DNA from: the human T2T-CHM13v2.0 reference genome, Homo sapiens
Reading direction: 5' to 3' (one strand)
Assembly (NCBI RefSeq): GCF_009914755.1
Contig: NC_060927.1
DNA: 64,000 nt
Below are positions 59,901 through 64,000 of the stretch, piece after piece. A model generated the notes under the pieces. That model was not told the DNA's origin and searched no databases. It saw only the letters and a list, made by a program, of their open reading frames with translations. The stretch's first letter is position 1. Each line of letters opens with the position of its first letter. A program made the translations under genes and the position numbers.

Positions 59901-61590
59901 ACTTTGCTTGGGTAAATAACATTTTTATGATAATATTAAAATTATTCTCTGTCACTGATTGTAACCTTTCAAAGTAGGACACCCATGAGACTAGATTAAA
60001 CAGAGAATGCTGAGAAGGAAAAACAAATGTAATTTAGACAGGCAGTTAAAGGTGAGCCCATTGAAAGACAGCAACCAGAGTCACTCTCTTTATAGGGAGT
60101 GTCCTGTTGGCACTCTGGCAAAAGCATGTGTGGGCAAACAACTACCTTATTTGGCACTGTCTTCAACAGGCCAAACTCTAATGACAAGGTTTGCATCTCT
60201 GGCAAACATTTTCAAAAAGATAAGTTCTTTAAAATATGCAGACACAAATTGTTGTGTTTTACGCAAAATAATTTTTAGTAAAAGTACATTTTTACTTCTT
60301 TCGTTTTTTTCACATGACTCTGCATAGGTCCGTATTATTGTCTCCCTAGCACTCTTTTCTCAAGCCTAACTTTAACCTTTCCTCCCCTGCCCTCGAATCC
60401 TTTCCATAACTTGTCCAGTGCCTTCTTTGTTCTCCCCAAATCCCAACTTCCCACCGTATGCATATTTTAATGGAAGGGTATCCAGAGTTGGTAACTTTAC
60501 ACCATCATGATAACAATGTAACTTATATAAACCTCCTTGCTTTACAAACTGATTTCATAGGCAAGATTTGGTTTTCTCCTCCTACTAACCCTGTGTGGTA
60601 GGTTATCTCACTTCTGAGAGTGAAAAGGTTGAGGTCAGGAGAGGTGGCAAAGCAAATAATATCAGGTCATGGCACGGTTCATCTTACCTTTTATTATGCA
60701 TCTGCTTTATCTATCATACAACATTGTCTCCTTTGCAGAGAAAAATCTTGTATTGACCAGTGGATATTTTAATCTGCATTTAAAAATTATGATTCTAGGT
60801 ATTGCTTTACTTAGGGCAGTACTTTGTAGAGACTCCAATGTTGTTGTATATATGACTATATTTGGATGGCCAGAAAAGGGAAATTGTCTTGGTCGTTAAG
60901 AAACTGCTGAGTATCAAAAAAAGGAGAAGGAAATATATTATTTCATACAGAAAGAGAACGTTTAAGTTACCAAAACAAAACATGATTTGAATAATTAGGA
61001 GTTCATAATCCACATGGGTTTACAATCTTGCTAGTGAGATTTCCCGAAAGGCTATTATTCTAGAACCTTGCTCAGCAACTAGTGAAAAAAAAAAAATGAT
61101 TGAAAAAACAAAGATGATTCTGCCAGTTCCCTGTTGTGGTTATATACTTTTGCTTGGATAAAATTTTATATAATAAATTTGCTTGAGACAAATTTTATGT
61201 AATAAAGTGCTATGTAGAGTATGAGCTATAGTTTTATACAGCTGACTTAATTGTAGAGAAAGCACATTGAACACTTTGGTTGAAACTTATGGTACCACAT
61301 AAATGATTTAAATCTCACAATGTCCCTGAAAGATTGGTAAATATATATGTATTTTTTGTCACAGAAGCCCAGACGTGAATAATGTTAACTAAAATGCTAT
61401 TCCATTTATAAAATCTTTACTTCTCTTCTGCATAATTTGCTACGATTGAAACTCATCCTTTATATTAGTAGAATTGCGCTAAGGAGGCAACAAAGGAGCA
61501 GGCAGACCCTGTGGTGCTTGATGATTATTTTGAAAGTTAAGTTGTTACTCTGGTTTTGGTTGGTGGTTGAATGATGGACACCCCCATCTC

Positions 61591-61881
61591 TTTTTTTTGA
61601 GACAGGGTGTCACTTTGTCACCCAGGCTGGAGTGCAGTGGCGTGATCACTGTTCACTGCAGCCTTGACATTCTGGGTTCAGGCTCAAGTGATCCTCCCAT
61701 CTCAGCCTCCTGAATAGCCAAGGCTACGGGCATGCACTACCATGCCCAGCTAATTTTTTTGTTTGTAGAGAGGAGGGCTTGCTATGTTGCCCAGGCTGGC
61801 TTGTACTCCTGGGCTTAAGCAATCCTCCTACCTTGGCCTCCCAAAGTGCTGTGATACCAGGCGTGAGTCACTGTGCCTGGC
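61591..61881 (-). mobile_element. Alu (AluJ-like)
   Basis: Alu consensus. Confidence 0.88.
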
Positions 61882-62184
61882 AAATGACAGATATTCTTTT
61901 TATCTGAAGTGTGAGAGGCCATGGTTACCAGGGAAGAACTCCAAAAGCTGCAGCACTTAACGCAGTGTCCTCATACTCTTTTATTTCTTCTTGGCACGTT
62001 GATACCTGTACACACAGATTCATACGCACTTTATACATACCCACTATCGATTCTAAAGTAATATGACTGTTTGACAAACACACCTGAACTTATATATCCA
62101 AATGTAGCCTACCCCTTTCCACATGAAAGCATATTTCTACATTCTGATTTTCCAGCTTCGGGGATTTCACTTTTTGGGAATGTT

Positions 62185-62498
62185 TTATTTGTTTGTTTGT
62201 TTTGTTTTGTTTTGTTTTTTTTAGACGGAGTCTTGCTTTGTGGCCCAGGCTGGAGTGCAGTGGTGCGATCTTGGCTCACTGTAAGCTCCGCCTCCTAGGT
62301 TCACGCTGTTCCCCTGCCTCAGCCTCCCGAGTAGCTGGACTACGCCTGCCACCATGCCCGGCTAATTTTTTTGTATTTTTAGTAGAGATGGGGTTTCACT
62401 GTGTTAGCCAGGATGGTCTTGATCTCCTGACCTTGTGATCCGCCCCCTTCGGCCTGCCAAAGTGCTGGGATTACAGGCGTGAGCCACCGCGCCCAGCC
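62185..62498 (-). mobile_element. Alu (AluY/Sc-like)
   Basis: Alu consensus with (TTTG)n tail; TSD-like gaatgtttt. Confidence 0.9.
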
Positions 62499-63203
62499 GA
62501 ATGTTTTGTTTTTTTAAAACCTTCCAGGGTAGTAAGTTTTGCTCCTTAGAGTGGGTTTGGTTTTTTGAGAACAGCTTAACATCATTTGAAACCAAGTGAA
62601 GTAGACGAGCAGTCTGAGTAACATAAATAGTGGTAGAACATGAGCAGAGGGCCTGAGCAATTCTGCCTGAGGAGTTCCCATTTCTTGTTGTTCTAATCTC
62701 TTTTATAAAGAGCTGCCAGAGTCCACTTTTAAAATCTGAACTCTGGGGATGAAGTTTTTTGATTCCAAGGCCTCCTCTTTGCAGAATAAAAGTATCAAGA
62801 CCTTCCCTAATTAAGCTCAACCTAACTTTACAGACTTACTTCCTATGCTAGTGCCATTAACTCTGGTTGCTTACATTGAACTACTTGACTTTCAATATGT
62901 ACCAACCTGATGCCTTTGCCCACGTTGTTCCTTATGGAATAGCCTTTCCTTATTCCCATTGATTTATATTTATTACCCCCTTTTTGCAGAAGTTTTAATG
63001 TGGCCTTCATCATTCCTGCTGAATTCCTACTTATCTTTAGAGATCTATATAATGACAGTTTCTCTGTTTTCCAAATTGTAAGTTAATCTCTCTGAGCTCT
63101 AATAGTACTTTGTGTTGACTTCTATTTTTTAGTATAGCTACTAGAACTACTAAGTTTTTGGTTTAAGTGCCTTCAGTTTTGTATGACTAGCCTTTAGCAG
63201 TGA

Positions 63204-63395
<192 letters not shown>

Positions 63396-63544
63396 TGAAG
63401 ACAATTTCAGAGGGGACCCCCCAAGACATTTTGAGTAATGAATGTAGCTTTTCAAGGATATTTTAAAGATAATACTTGTTTGGCATATATATTCTATATT
63501 CAAATTTCTTTTTTTTTTCTTGATTCCATACCATTAGAGAGATC

Positions 63545-64000
63545 CATAATGGCAGATTGCTTGTTCACTAGCTCTTCCTACAAAGTGACTTTGAAAATCT
63601 TCCCATAAAGAGGCAGGATCCATATTTCCTACCCTCAAATCTGGATTCAGAAGTGATGCTACATTACTCCTGAAGCTAAGTCATAAAAGCAATATGGCTT
63701 CTGCCTGTTTCTCTTGAGGCACTTGGGACCAGCCACCATGCTGTAAAGAAGCTTAAGTAGCCTGCAAAAAGGACTGTGTGGAGGGGAATCTGGCCCACAG
63801 TCCTGACTGAAGTCTTAATTGACAGCCAGCACCAGCATACCGGCCATACAAGGGAGCCATTTTGAAAATGTATCCTTAAGTCTCCCAGTGAGCTGCCCCA
63901 TCTGAGGAACCATGGAGCTGAGATAAGCTGTTCCCACTGAGTCCTGTCCAAGCTATAGATTTATGAGCAAAATAAGTGATTTTTGTTTTAAGCTACTAAA
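63545..64000 (+). mobile_element. MLT1-family LTR (runs off the window)
   Basis: ccagccaccatgctgtaaagaagc...gagccattttg...agatttatgagcaaaataagtgatttttgttttaagc. Confidence 0.75.

Overview
Eukaryotic, primate (human-type) genomic DNA, rich in Alu, L1 and MLT repeats. I recognise it as the NXPE3-NFKBIZ locus (human 3q12). The last coding exon of NXPE3 is at 2197-2747 (+), followed by a long Alu-containing 3'UTR. NFKBIZ (IkappaB-zeta) is complete: 12 coding exons from 30421 to 40190 splice at GT-AG junctions into exactly 718 codons plus stop. It has a CpG-island promoter near 30 kb, a distal kB/TATA promoter with two non-coding exons at about 8.8 and 10.4 kb, and a five-hairpin 3'UTR decay element. 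Most other ORFs in the track are repeat-derived. This is a well-studied locus and I found no convincing new biological system. The best leads are regulatory: a splice-dependent uORF switch in the distal NFKBIZ leader, in-frame exitrons in exon 5, Pumilio and miR-124 sites inside the 3'UTR hairpins, and a possible NXPE3 3'-end/NFKBIZ promoter overlap. Other leads are a 9-bp-spaced inverted Alu pair, a templated-insertion repair scar, and possible remnants of an unannotated minus-strand transcript downstream. Repeat boundaries and subfamilies are by eye and approximate.
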